This document shows positions 15,628-25,081 of a DNA stretch of 64,000 nucleotides, one piece after another. A model generated the notes under the pieces. It made no database searches and was not told the DNA's origin. It worked only from the letters and a program-made list of their open reading frames with translations. The DNA comes from Candidatus Omnitrophota bacterium (GTDB lineage Bacteria; Omnitrophota; Gorgyraeia; Zapsychrales; Fredricksoniimonadaceae). The position numbers and the translations under genes are program-made. The stretch lies in contig JADFYI010000001.1 of NCBI GenBank assembly GCA_015233145.1, forward strand, positions 15,345 to 79,344, written 5' to 3'. Each line of letters opens with the position of its first letter. The stretch's first letter is position 1.

Positions 15628-18600
15628 ATGCATTTTTCTTACTTTCATAAAAACAGGTTGTTTTCAAAAACACTTTCGGTTTTTCTTATTATTTCTTTCT
15701 TGGTAACGCTTGTCATGCCGTCCATAACGGCCCATGCCCAGGGATTGCCGGATTTACCTGCTGCGGGGACATTTGTTAATCCAGGCCCTTCATTTACGCC
15801 AACCATAGTCAGAGGGCTTACATTGCATCCGGAGAACCCCTTACGCTTTGATTTTATCATTGATACGGGTGATGCCGGCATGGATGGTGAGGCATTTAAA
15901 CAGGAATCAACCCGGCTTATAAAATATTTTCTAACGTCGCTCACAACGCCCGAAGATGAACTTTGGGTGAATTTGTCTCCTTATGAAAACAACCGAATCA
16001 TTCCGGAATCGTTTGGCCAGACGAATATGGGCGCTGATTTGCTGTCCCAGGATTATATTTTAAAGCAGTTAACAGCCTCATTAATGTATCCGGAAAAAGA
16101 TTTGGGCCGTAAATTTTGGGACAGGGTTTATGACAAGGCCCAGAAAAAATACGGGACGACTGATATCCCCATGGACACTTTTAATAAGGTCTGGATCGTA
16201 CCGGAGAAGGCCGTTGTTTATGAGAATGGTCAAAGTGTTTTTGTCATAGAAACGCACCTGAAAGTGATGCTGGAGCAGGATTTTATTGCTTCTAAAGCTG
16301 CAAAAGACATAGGTTCGCAGCCAACAGATAACGGGCCTCAAAGTTTTAATGTGCAGGCCGAGGCTTCTGAAGTTATCCGTGAAGTTTTGCTTCCTGAAAT
16401 TGAAAAAGAGGTTAATGAGGGAAAGAATTTTGCGCCTTTAAGGCAAATCATCAATTCCATGGTCCTTGCAATGTGGTATAAGGGCGCCTTGAAGCAAAGT
16501 TTGTTAGGTCAGGTTTATGTTGATAAAAATAAGACCAGAGGTGTTGACGCTCTCGATAAGGACGCGAAATCTAGAATTTATAATCAGTATTTGGAGGCGT
16601 TTAAAAAAGGGGTCTACAATTATATAAGAGAAGATTATGACCACTACACCCAGGAAACAGTGGCCAGAAAGTATGTTTCCGGCGGGTTTAAAACCCACAC
16701 AGATATGGCCATGATGACGGATGTTGTCCAGCGCTCGAAATTGAGCGGTGATTTTCGTTCGTTGCCGGTTTCTGTGCAGCAAAGGACGCTTACTCCCAAA
16801 GGAAAAGATGTTCAGGTGACCTGGGATGCTGTTGACCTTACCCCTGGTGATCATGCCATGGCTAGTGGTGTTGCTCTCGTTGGAAAACCACGTGTCGCGC
16901 AAATCCAGGATTTGATGGCCAGACTGAAAATAGAGTGGAGAAAAAAAGGCGGGGGAAACTTGCCTAAAATTGCGGTGATATCCGACTACCACGGGGAAGT
17001 TAAACTGTTTCTTGATTATATTGCCGACATCATATCACAGGAGATATCGAAGAAAGTTACTCTGGATGCAGAGGCGTTTCCTCAAAAATCCATGACTTCT
17101 CAGCTTGAAGAGCAGGGTGTGGATTTGAAAACTATTGATGTGACGTTCTATCTTTTAGGGGATTTTCTTGACAGGGGCGATTTTGGCGTAAAAAGTTTTC
17201 TCGTCGCAAAAGAATTGATTGATGAGGGGAAAGGATTTTATGTTACGGGAAATCATGACCTTTGGGCGTTTATGAATCTCATGGGTTTTCATTTGCCGGT
17301 TTACAAGGGGTACAATTATTATGGCCATGAAAAATCAGCAAAACTTGTTGAAGCGCATTGGGATGATGCGGACATTGTCAATGACAGGGTGGGCTGGTGG
17401 ACAGGAAAACTGGCTCAATACAATGAGGCTCAAAAGAAATTACAAGACGCGATTTTTGATGGAAATGCAAAAGATATAAGGGCGCGCCTTAAGGAAAATT
17501 ATCTGAAGATCAGAGATCAGCTGACCGAGGAGGAAAAAGCCCTGTGGAGAGATTTGGTCGGATATTATTTTGAGACAACAGATGTTTATACAGGATTGAA
17601 TGCTGTTGGAATGATGTCTGCTGATTGGTGGAATGAAAGGCTTATAAAAGTGAGGAGCATGCTGGAAAAAGGGACTCAGGCTGAAGTTGAACCAGCAGAG
17701 TTGTCTTTTTTCAAAGAATTGGAAGGATACACGGCCATTGCCGCAAACATAGTTAATGAGAGGCTGAATCAGGCCATGGAGCGAGGGGATTGGTGGTGGC
17801 AGATTTTTAATGATATTAATCATCAGAATTATACTTCGGTTGAATGGTGGGGTAAGGACTGGTCGTCACATAGCGGATGGGGAACAAGTGTTATTAAAGA
17901 AATTAATTTGCTGGAAGGTTCCTCATATTGGAATCAAAGCAATTACATTAATAATCCTCATCTTAAAGCGCTTGCAGATTTTTACAGGTCAAATTTTACC
18001 CTTTTTAGACGGGATATTTACGGCAATACTTACAGCCATGGCTGGCTTCCGGTGGATTCCAAAACAGGGGCAATAACTTTTTCCTACAAAGGCCGCCAAT
18101 ATTCAGGGGCTGATATTTGGGAGGGGCTCGAACTTATTCAAAATGATGTCAGAGATATGACAAAGCCTTTATCTGAGCTGTATGAGGCTCTTTTTTTAGT
18201 CAATTCATGGTATGCCGATGGGACCACAATCATAAAACCAAAGAATGTTTCTCATAATGTGTATGAACTTGGTCTTGAGAAAATTTTCTCTCAGCATGGC
18301 TTAAGAGTATGGCTCACTGGCCACAATCCTCAAAACACCCTTCGCCTGGAAGGCGTGCCTTTCAGGGTGAAACAAGGGGATTATGTCCTTGCCAATGTTG
18401 ATAAAGGCCTTAGTTGGAAGAAATTTTCAGATGCCGGCGCTTCTGTCCTTGTTAATGAAGATGGCATTAACATGAGAGGTTATTCTGGCCCGGATTTTAG
18501 AGAAATAGTTGACAATCCTGATACCTTAACTATAAAAGGTGAGGGAGACGGGCGGTTTGTTGTTAAGAAATCCTGGCCCAATGTGGGTTTGCGCAGGGAA

Positions 18601-18978
18601 GACTTTCTTAGAATTACTGAAGTTCAGTTGAACGAAGAACTGGCGCGTCTTTCTGCGCCCACATCACCAGATGCCGCACAAAAAGAAACGCCTGTCGGCG
18701 GTATTGACCTTAACCCTGTGATGTTGAATTTTCAGATTAAACGAAACGGCCAGGGCGTTCCACTCCCGGTCAGTGACCAGCCTGTTCAGGCATTGAAGAT
18801 TGATGGTTTTGCCCCTGTGATTATCAATGTTACGCCGATCAATGTGCAGATGTTGTTGGGCGTTAAGGCCGAGGTGAAAGAACCAGGCATTAATGTAAGT
18901 TTAAATTTCAGGTCATCAATTCGAGGGGGCAGGGGAGGAAAAACACTGCCCCGGGAATTGGTGGCCTTGTTGAACTAA
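15628..18978 (+). CDS. exported multidomain protein: unknown N-module, class-3-FBPase-like metallophosphoesterase core, GGIDLN C-module
   Basis: Signal peptide ends ...ITAHA/QG. Metallophosphoesterase motifs occur in order: ISDYHGE, GDFLDRG, GNHDLW, SHGWLP, LTGHNP. See the findings. Confidence 0.65.
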   Translation: MHFSYFHKNRLFSKTLSVFLIISFLVTLVMPSITAHAQGLPDLPAAGTFVNPGPSFTPTIVRGLTLHPENPLRFDFIIDTGDAGMDGEAFKQESTRLIKYFLTSLTTPEDELWVNLSPYENNRIIPESFGQTNMGADLLSQDYILKQLTASLMYPEKDLGRKFWDRVYDKAQKKYGTTDIPMDTFNKVWIVPEKAVVYENGQSVFVIETHLKVMLEQDFIASKAAKDIGSQPTDNGPQSFNVQAEASEVIREVLLPEIEKEVNEGKNFAPLRQIINSMVLAMWYKGALKQSLLGQVYVDKNKTRGVDALDKDAKSRIYNQYLEAFKKGVYNYIREDYDHYTQETVARKYVSGGFKTHTDMAMMTDVVQRSKLSGDFRSLPVSVQQRTLTPKGKDVQVTWDAVDLTPGDHAMASGVALVGKPRVAQIQDLMARLKIEWRKKGGGNLPKIAVISDYHGEVKLFLDYIADIISQEISKKVTLDAEAFPQKSMTSQLEEQGVDLKTIDVTFYLLGDFLDRGDFGVKSFLVAKELIDEGKGFYVTGNHDLWAFMNLMGFHLPVYKGYNYYGHEKSAKLVEAHWDDADIVNDRVGWWTGKLAQYNEAQKKLQDAIFDGNAKDIRARLKENYLKIRDQLTEEEKALWRDLVGYYFETTDVYTGLNAVGMMSADWWNERLIKVRSMLEKGTQAEVEPAELSFFKELEGYTAIAANIVNERLNQAMERGDWWWQIFNDINHQNYTSVEWWGKDWSSHSGWGTSVIKEINLLEGSSYWNQSNYINNPHLKALADFYRSNFTLFRRDIYGNTYSHGWLPVDSKTGAITFSYKGRQYSGADIWEGLELIQNDVRDMTKPLSELYEALFLVNSWYADGTTIIKPKNVSHNVYELGLEKIFSQHGLRVWLTGHNPQNTLRLEGVPFRVKQGDYVLANVDKGLSWKKFSDAGASVLVNEDGINMRGYSGPDFREIVDNPDTLTIKGEGDGRFVVKKSWPNVGLRREDFLRITEVQLNEELARLSAPTSPDAAQKETPVGGIDLNPVMLNFQIKRNGQGVPLPVSDQPVQALKIDGFAPVIINVTPINVQMLLGVKAEVKEPGINVSLNFRSSIRGGRGGKTLPRELVALLN

Positions 18979-19076
18979 TTCTCCCCTTTTTAGTTTCCAG
19001 CTCTTCTAATCCTGCCTTGATTATTTTATCTCTATAAGTCATAATCGTTTAACTTCTTTTAATCAATTCCATAAAA

Positions 19077-19871
19077 ATGTGTGGTTTTATGAAAAATTTA
19101 AAAACAAAAATGCCGGTGTTATTCGTAGGGCATGGTAACCCCATGAATGCCATCGAAGACAATGAGTTCAGTCGCTCATGGATCAAGGCTGCGAAGTCTT
19201 TGCCAAAGCCAAGGGCCATCTTATGCATCTCAGCGCACTGGGAAACCGATGACAGTACCTGTGTGACTGCCATGGAACATCCCAAGATGATTTACGATTT
19301 TTACGGATTCCCCAAGCCGCTTTACGAAAAGAAATATCCAGCCCACGGTTCACCTGAATTGGCAGCGTCGCTCCAGAAAATTGTGCGTAAGGCGCATGTT
19401 CAGTCAGATTTTGATTGGGGATTAGACCATGGCACCTGGGCGGTCCTCTGTCGGATGTTTCCTAAAGCAGATGTCCCTGTGGTCCAGCTGAGTCTTAACC
19501 GTAAAGAGGGGGCTGAGTTTCATTACAAGCTTGGCCAGGAGTTAAAAGGCCTTCGCCGTGAAGGTGTCTTGATTATTGGCAGCGGAAATATGGTCCATAA
19601 TTTAGGGCGGATGAGCTGGGAAGATGCGGCTTTTGACTGGGCGCTCAAGTTTGATGAGCAGCTTAAACAGCTGATCCTGTCAGGCGACCATGCTTCGATC
19701 ATAAATTATAAGTCGCTGGGCTCTGCGGCTGATCTTTCCATTCCCACAAATGAACACTATTTGCCATTGCTTTATGTTCTTGCTCTTCAGGAAAAGGATG
19801 ATTCCATCACTTTTTTTGCTGAGAAAATAACATTGGGTTCCATTTCTATGCGATCCGTGAGAATCGGGTAA
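19077..19871 (+). CDS. ygiD: 4,5-DOPA-dioxygenase-extradiol family protein (YgiD-like)
   Basis: PVLFVGHGNPMNA, ISAHWET, DFYGFP and DHGTWAVL are class III extradiol dioxygenase motifs. Confidence 0.85.
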   Translation: MCGFMKNLKTKMPVLFVGHGNPMNAIEDNEFSRSWIKAAKSLPKPRAILCISAHWETDDSTCVTAMEHPKMIYDFYGFPKPLYEKKYPAHGSPELAASLQKIVRKAHVQSDFDWGLDHGTWAVLCRMFPKADVPVVQLSLNRKEGAEFHYKLGQELKGLRREGVLIIGSGNMVHNLGRMSWEDAAFDWALKFDEQLKQLILSGDHASIINYKSLGSAADLSIPTNEHYLPLLYVLALQEKDDSITFFAEKITLGSISMRSVRIG

Positions 19872-19962
19872 GAGTGAAAGACAAACCTTTGATTGACTTT
19901 ACTTTTGATGTTTGATAATTTTTTATAATTATAATCAGTTTAAAATAAACCAAGGCGGCTTA

Positions 19963-22284
19963 ATGAAGAAAAACAATTTTCTCGCATTATTTTTTATCAC
20001 GCTGTCGACTCTGATGTTCGAAATAGTCATGACGCGCTTTTTTAGCCTGGTGATGTTTTACCATTTCGCGTTCCTGATTATTTCCATCGCCATGTTCGGC
20101 CTGACATTTGGCGCAATATTGGTTTATTTATTGCCGCGGCTCTTTATTACTGAAAAAGTGCAGCGAATGATGTCGCTCTGCTCTTTATTATTTGCAATAA
20201 CAATAGTGGCCAGCTTTTTGTTCCAACTTCTTGTTATTCCCTTAATTGCGCAAAGAGGGCAGGAAAATACAGCGCTTTTCTTTACTTACGCCGTATTGTC
20301 AATTCCCTTTACTTTTAGCGGTATTACTGTCTGTCTGGCGCTAACAAAATTTCCCAGCGTGCTCAGCAGAATGTACGCAGCCGATTTAACCGGAGCGGCC
20401 ATGGGATGCCTGGGGCTGATTGCGGTATTGGCGATCACCGATGCGCCAACCGCCGTATTTATCATTGCCGCCTTGGCCGCGATCGGGTCGTATTTGTTTG
20501 CTAACGGGAAAAATCTTTCGAAAGCGGCTGCTTTCACCGCTTGCGTTTTATTGCTTTTTTCAACAGCCCATTCCATCCTTGTCCATCAGCAAAAGTCGCT
20601 CCTTAGCCCGCGCTGGATCAAAGGACGAATTGCATCCAGGCCTCTGTATGAGAAGTGGAACACTTTTTCACGAATCGCGGTTTCCGGGGACCCTCTTTCA
20701 AAAGAATTATATAACGAATTAATCATTACAATCGACGATACCGCCGCGACACCCATCCTGAAATATAGTGGCGATGACAACGAGATCAAATTCCTTAAAG
20801 CTGACGTGGTGAATATCGCGCATTTTCTAAGGCCCCATTCCAGTGCGTTGATCATTGGTCCTGGCGGCGGCAGGGATGTGCTGTCTGCTGTGGCTTTTAA
20901 ACAGCGCCAGATTACTGCAGTGGAAATAAACGGTGATATTCTTGACGCAGTTAACAACCGTTTCGGTGATTTTTCCGGCCATCTTGACCGCCTGCCGGAA
21001 CTCAAATTTGTCAACGATGAAGCTCGCAGCTTTGTCGCCAGAACACCGGAAAGGTTTAACATCATCCAAACCTCTTTTATTGATACCTGGGCCGCCACGG
21101 CGGCCGGAGCAATGGTTTTTACGGAAAACTCCCTCTATACTGTCGAGGCCTGGCAGTTGTTTCTGAACCGCCTGGCTCCAGATGGCATTGTGACATTTTC
21201 TCGCTGGTATCACCGGGAGTTGCCTGCGGAAATGTACCGTTTGACAGCGGTTGCTGCCGCAGCGCTTAAGCGTAACGGCATCGATGACCCGAGCGGAAAT
21301 ATTCTGGTCCTGCGTCGGCGATACGGCGGGAAAGACGTTATTGACGACACCGGTGTTCTTTTGGTCGGCAAGCGGCCGTTTACGTCCGAAGAATTGAGTG
21401 TGATCGATCAACTCTCACCCTATCTTCACTTTGATGTCATTTTCAGTTCTCAAAAATCGGCTGACAGCATATTTACTCAGATAGCCCAGGGCAAATCACC
21501 CGACTTAATTCCAGGTCTAACCTTGAATATTACGCCATCTGTCGATGACAAGCCCTTCTTTTTCTTTATGTTGAAAGTGAAAGACTTTCTGACTTTAAAA
21601 TCTTTTGATCAGGGGATGCAGACAGCCAACACCAAAGCGGTGTCAATTATGATTGTTTTACTTTTTACGGTTTTGGGCCTGTCATTTTTCTGTTTAATGG
21701 TGCCGCTTTTTTTGACCCACAAAGGGCAATCGCTGAAAGGCTCAGGGTCATTTTTCGTCTTTTTTGCTGCCATTGGATTAGGGTTTATGTTCATTGAAAT
21801 TTCTCAGATGCAGCGGCTTATTCTTTTCCTGGGCCATCCGGTTTATGGGCTGTCGATTGTTCTTTTTTCCTTGCTTGTTTCCAGCGGATTGGGAAGCCTG
21901 TTCACCGACAGATATATTGCTGACTTCCGACGGCATCTGTTTTTCTCGGCCTGGTTAATTGCCGCACTTGCGGTGACTGGCCTTTTGACCGTGCCGGTTC
22001 TTTCGGTTTTTCAATCTTCCTCAAATCTGGTAAGGTTTTTAATATCCATTTTGATTCTTCTGCCCGCCGGTTTTCTTATGGGAATGCAATTTCCTTTCGG
22101 GATGAAAATTGCCTTATCCCGACAAGGAGCGATATCTCCCTGGCTCTGGGGAATCAATGGCGCGGCCTCAGTTTGCGCATCAGTTTTGGCTATGGTGATT
22201 GCGTTGGTTTTTGGAATATCAACGACATTCTGGATGGGGTTTGTCTTTTATCTGGTCGCGTTCTTTATTGTTGCGCGAAAATAG
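19963..22284 (+). CDS. fused polytopic membrane / spermidine-synthase-like methyltransferase-fold protein
   Basis: ATG at 19963 (MKKNNF). About 7 TM segments, then LIIGPGGGRDV...VEINGDI...NDEARSF...IIQTSFID (aminopropyl/methyltransferase fold), then about 6 more TM segments. Confidence 0.75.
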   Translation: MKKNNFLALFFITLSTLMFEIVMTRFFSLVMFYHFAFLIISIAMFGLTFGAILVYLLPRLFITEKVQRMMSLCSLLFAITIVASFLFQLLVIPLIAQRGQENTALFFTYAVLSIPFTFSGITVCLALTKFPSVLSRMYAADLTGAAMGCLGLIAVLAITDAPTAVFIIAALAAIGSYLFANGKNLSKAAAFTACVLLLFSTAHSILVHQQKSLLSPRWIKGRIASRPLYEKWNTFSRIAVSGDPLSKELYNELIITIDDTAATPILKYSGDDNEIKFLKADVVNIAHFLRPHSSALIIGPGGGRDVLSAVAFKQRQITAVEINGDILDAVNNRFGDFSGHLDRLPELKFVNDEARSFVARTPERFNIIQTSFIDTWAATAAGAMVFTENSLYTVEAWQLFLNRLAPDGIVTFSRWYHRELPAEMYRLTAVAAAALKRNGIDDPSGNILVLRRRYGGKDVIDDTGVLLVGKRPFTSEELSVIDQLSPYLHFDVIFSSQKSADSIFTQIAQGKSPDLIPGLTLNITPSVDDKPFFFFMLKVKDFLTLKSFDQGMQTANTKAVSIMIVLLFTVLGLSFFCLMVPLFLTHKGQSLKGSGSFFVFFAAIGLGFMFIEISQMQRLILFLGHPVYGLSIVLFSLLVSSGLGSLFTDRYIADFRRHLFFSAWLIAALAVTGLLTVPVLSVFQSSSNLVRFLISILILLPAGFLMGMQFPFGMKIALSRQGAISPWLWGINGAASVCASVLAMVIALVFGISTTFWMGFVFYLVAFFIVARK

Positions 22285-22446
22285 TCACAAAATTGTCGAA
22301 CCATGCCGCACCCTCACCAGAAGGGTGGTTAACCTTTCGATATTAACTGCCAGGTTATTATTTCTATTTTTTATATTTGCTTGCCGTTTGCATGTTATTG
22401 AAAAGAATCGGAATGTAACATAAATCAAGCGATAGCAGCGTGTAAA

Positions 22447-23763
22447 ATGAAATACGTGTTTCTTCAAACTTTTGGGTGCCAGATGAACGAGTACGACAGC
22501 GAGCTTGTGCGTTCGATTCTTGAAGACGCAGGGTATTCGTTTGCCGAGGCTGAAGAGGATGCCGATATTATTATGCTGAATACTTGTTCAGTCCGGGAGA
22601 ACGCGCATCGCAAGGTTTTTGGCTATATTCATGAGATTCGTCATCGCCGTCAAGGCAAGCCCGTGTTAATCGGTATTTTGGGCTGTATGGCGACCGGGCT
22701 TCGGGATGAGCTTTTGGCAGATAAGAAACTGGCTCTGGATTTTGTGGTGGGGCCGGACAGTTACAAGCGCCTGCCCGAGATTCTGAAAAACGTTCAGGAT
22801 GATCATGCCAGGGGCTATGATGTCACGCTTTCAGAATTTGAAACCTATTCGGATGTTGATCCCACCCGGGTCAGCGGTGTGAATGCCTGGGTTGCGGTCA
22901 TGCGCGGGTGCAATAATTTTTGCGCGTTTTGCATTGTGCCTTATACCCGGGGGCGTGAGCGCAGCCGTTCTGTGGCCAATGTTCTTGGGGAAGTCAAGCG
23001 TTTGGCAGATGAAGGTTTTCAGCAGGTCACGCTTTTAGGCCAGAATGTGAATTCTTATCATCATGAATCAGAGGATTTTGCCGCGCTTCTCGATGCGGTT
23101 TCTAAGATTGAGGGAATCCGCCGTATTCGCTTTACCTCACCACACCCTAAGGATTTTCCTCAAAGCCTGATTAAGGTCGTGGCTGAGAATCCCAAGGTTT
23201 GTAAACAGATTCATCTGCCGCTTCAGGCTGGGAATGACCGGGTTCTCGAACTCATGAATCGCAGCTATACGGGTAAGGAGTTCAGGGATTTAGTGACTAA
23301 TATTCGTAAGGCTTGCCCCAAGATTGCGCTCACCACAGATGTGATTGTTGGATTTCCCACAGAAACCGATGCCGAGTTTGAAGATACGTATCGCGTAATG
23401 AGGGAAGTTGAGTTTGATTCTGCGTTTATGTTCAAGTATTCGCCTCGCCCTAAGACCATGGCGGCGAGGAAGTTAAAAGATGATGTTTCAGAACTTAAGA
23501 AGACTGCGCGTATTGTGAAGCTGAATATCCTTCAAACCGCTATTTCTCTTAAGAAAAACAAGGCCCTGGTAGGTGATATTCAGGAAATTTTGATGGAGCA
23601 GGCTGGAAAGATCAAGGCTGGCTCTGCTTATGGCCGTAATGATGCGAATAAGATCGTGACCTTGCCTCAGGGTGAGTTTAAGCCTGGCCAATGGGTCCAG
23701 GCCCGGATTGTCCGCGCCACGCCACATCAGTTGAAAGGGGAATTGAATTCCCCGACAAATTGA
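22447..23763 (+). CDS. miaB: tRNA-i6A37 methylthiotransferase
   Basis: N-terminal FLQTFGCQMNEYDSE, radical-SAM CNNFCAFC, C-terminal TRAM domain. Confidence 0.95.
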   Translation: MKYVFLQTFGCQMNEYDSELVRSILEDAGYSFAEAEEDADIIMLNTCSVRENAHRKVFGYIHEIRHRRQGKPVLIGILGCMATGLRDELLADKKLALDFVVGPDSYKRLPEILKNVQDDHARGYDVTLSEFETYSDVDPTRVSGVNAWVAVMRGCNNFCAFCIVPYTRGRERSRSVANVLGEVKRLADEGFQQVTLLGQNVNSYHHESEDFAALLDAVSKIEGIRRIRFTSPHPKDFPQSLIKVVAENPKVCKQIHLPLQAGNDRVLELMNRSYTGKEFRDLVTNIRKACPKIALTTDVIVGFPTETDAEFEDTYRVMREVEFDSAFMFKYSPRPKTMAARKLKDDVSELKKTARIVKLNILQTAISLKKNKALVGDIQEILMEQAGKIKAGSAYGRNDANKIVTLPQGEFKPGQWVQARIVRATPHQLKGELNSPTN

Positions 23764-23818
23764 TATATAGTATCCAAAATCATTATTATGATGATTTTTT
23801 GAGAATTTTAGCGTATTG

Positions 23819-23950
23819 GAGAGCCGTCCGGTGCATGTCAGTCGCTCGGACAGTCCTCGTTTCGCTGCCAAGGTTGGAATCATAGTTTTTGATTGTTTGT
23901 GGAGCAGCTCACTGCGGAACTCGCTTGGTGACATGCCCCCTCCGGCTCTC
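23819..23950 (+). repeat. intergenic repeat, copy 1: 100-nt core (23835-23934) inside the stem GAGAGCCG/CGGCTCTC
   Basis: The core is 89/100 identical, without indels, to 31129-31228. The core ends are ATGTCA/TGACAT. Confidence 0.9.
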
Positions 23951-24022
23951 AAAGAGGCGTTTTAGGGCAGTACCTTATATTTATAATAAATTAATAACTT
24001 CTTATTAACGTAGATAATAATT

Positions 24023-25078
24023 ATGCCAAATGTTCTTCCACTCACAGCCCCAGAGCTTTACGATAAACTTAAGAATATTAAGGTGGGGGGAAGTGTTTGC
24101 CAGTATTCTTTGAAGAAATGTGAAGAATATATCCCCCTGGTCAATGAAATCCTGCGTTTAAAGAAGGAAAAGAACGCGGTTATTCTGGTTCATTCCTATG
24201 TTACTCCGGAAATCGTTTATAGTGTCGCGGATTATGTGGGAGATTCCTATAAATTAAGCCGTGATGCCATGAAGTCCAAAGCCAGGGTCATTGTTTTTGT
24301 GGCTGTGCGGTTTATGGGAGAAACAGCAAAAATTCTTAATCCTGATAAAGAAGTCATTGTCCCGGCCAAAGACCCGGGCTGCACGCTTGCGGATTCTATT
24401 ACTGCCCAGGATGTTCAAAATCTCCGCAAGCAGTATCCTGATCATACGTTCATGTGTTATGTGAATACTTCCGTAGAGGTCAAGGCCGAGTGCGATGTGT
24501 GCGTGACTTCGGCAAATGTTTATCAGATTGTCGAGAAATACCCATCGGACAAAATTTATTTTCTGCCGGACAAATTTATGGGCCAGAACCTTGTCAATGA
24601 AATGAAAAAACGCGGAATTAAAAAAGACATCAAGTTTTGGAACGGTGTCTGTTATGTGCATGAAGAGTATACGGCGGAGCAGATTTTTAAGGTCCGCAGC
24701 GAGTATCCTGATGTGAAAATTGTGGCACACCCTGAGTGCAACGCGGAAGTTGTCCGGAATTCCGACTTTGTCGGTGGTACAGAGCAGCTTTTGGATTATA
24801 TGAGAAAAACCAGGGCCAGGAAATTCTTGATGCTCACAGAGTGCGGGCTCTCCTCACGGCTTCAATCAGAATTTCCTGACAAGGAACTTGTCGGAAGCTG
24901 CAGCTTGTGCAAATATATGAAGTCGAATGCGCTTGAGGAAATCCTTGAGGCCTTAAAGTCGCCCAAACCCAGCCAGGTCGTTAAAATTGATGAGCCTGTG
25001 CGTTTAAGGGCGTTAAAATCTCTGGAAGCCATGTTCCAATATGCTGAGATGAAGCCGTCGTCCAGGGTTTGTGAATAA
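24023..25078 (+). CDS. nadA: quinolinate synthase
   Basis: The three-fold repeat architecture fits, with HSYVTPEI, FMGETAKILNP, PGCTLADS, AHPEC and LTECG. Confidence 0.92.
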   Translation: MPNVLPLTAPELYDKLKNIKVGGSVCQYSLKKCEEYIPLVNEILRLKKEKNAVILVHSYVTPEIVYSVADYVGDSYKLSRDAMKSKARVIVFVAVRFMGETAKILNPDKEVIVPAKDPGCTLADSITAQDVQNLRKQYPDHTFMCYVNTSVEVKAECDVCVTSANVYQIVEKYPSDKIYFLPDKFMGQNLVNEMKKRGIKKDIKFWNGVCYVHEEYTAEQIFKVRSEYPDVKIVAHPECNAEVVRNSDFVGGTEQLLDYMRKTRARKFLMLTECGLSSRLQSEFPDKELVGSCSLCKYMKSNALEEILEALKSPKPSQVVKIDEPVRLRALKSLEAMFQYAEMKPSSRVCE

Positions 25079-25081
25079 AAT

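Noticed and set aside
23835-23934. Mini-ORFs inside the 100-nt core. On the + strand they read MSVARTVL(V/T)S(L/P)P(R/S)LE(S/L)*. On the - strand they read MSPSEFR(S/N)E(L/P)LHK....
   Set aside because: Differences between the two copies are mostly non-synonymous and radical. The minus-strand frame ends at different points in the two copies, and no Shine-Dalgarno sequence is present. The substitution pattern fits base-pair conservation, not protein coding.
23819-23950. Integron attC site, classical MITE, or group II intron domain V (the GAGCCGT string)
   Set aside because: For attC, there is no integrase, no cassette organisation, and the ends do not fit RYYYAAC/GTTRRRY. For a classical MITE, the outer inverted repeats should be identical between copies, but they differ. 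For domain V, GAGCCGT is not followed by the 34-nt local hairpin. A hairpin-loop-targeting mini-element is still kept open as an alternative in the finding.
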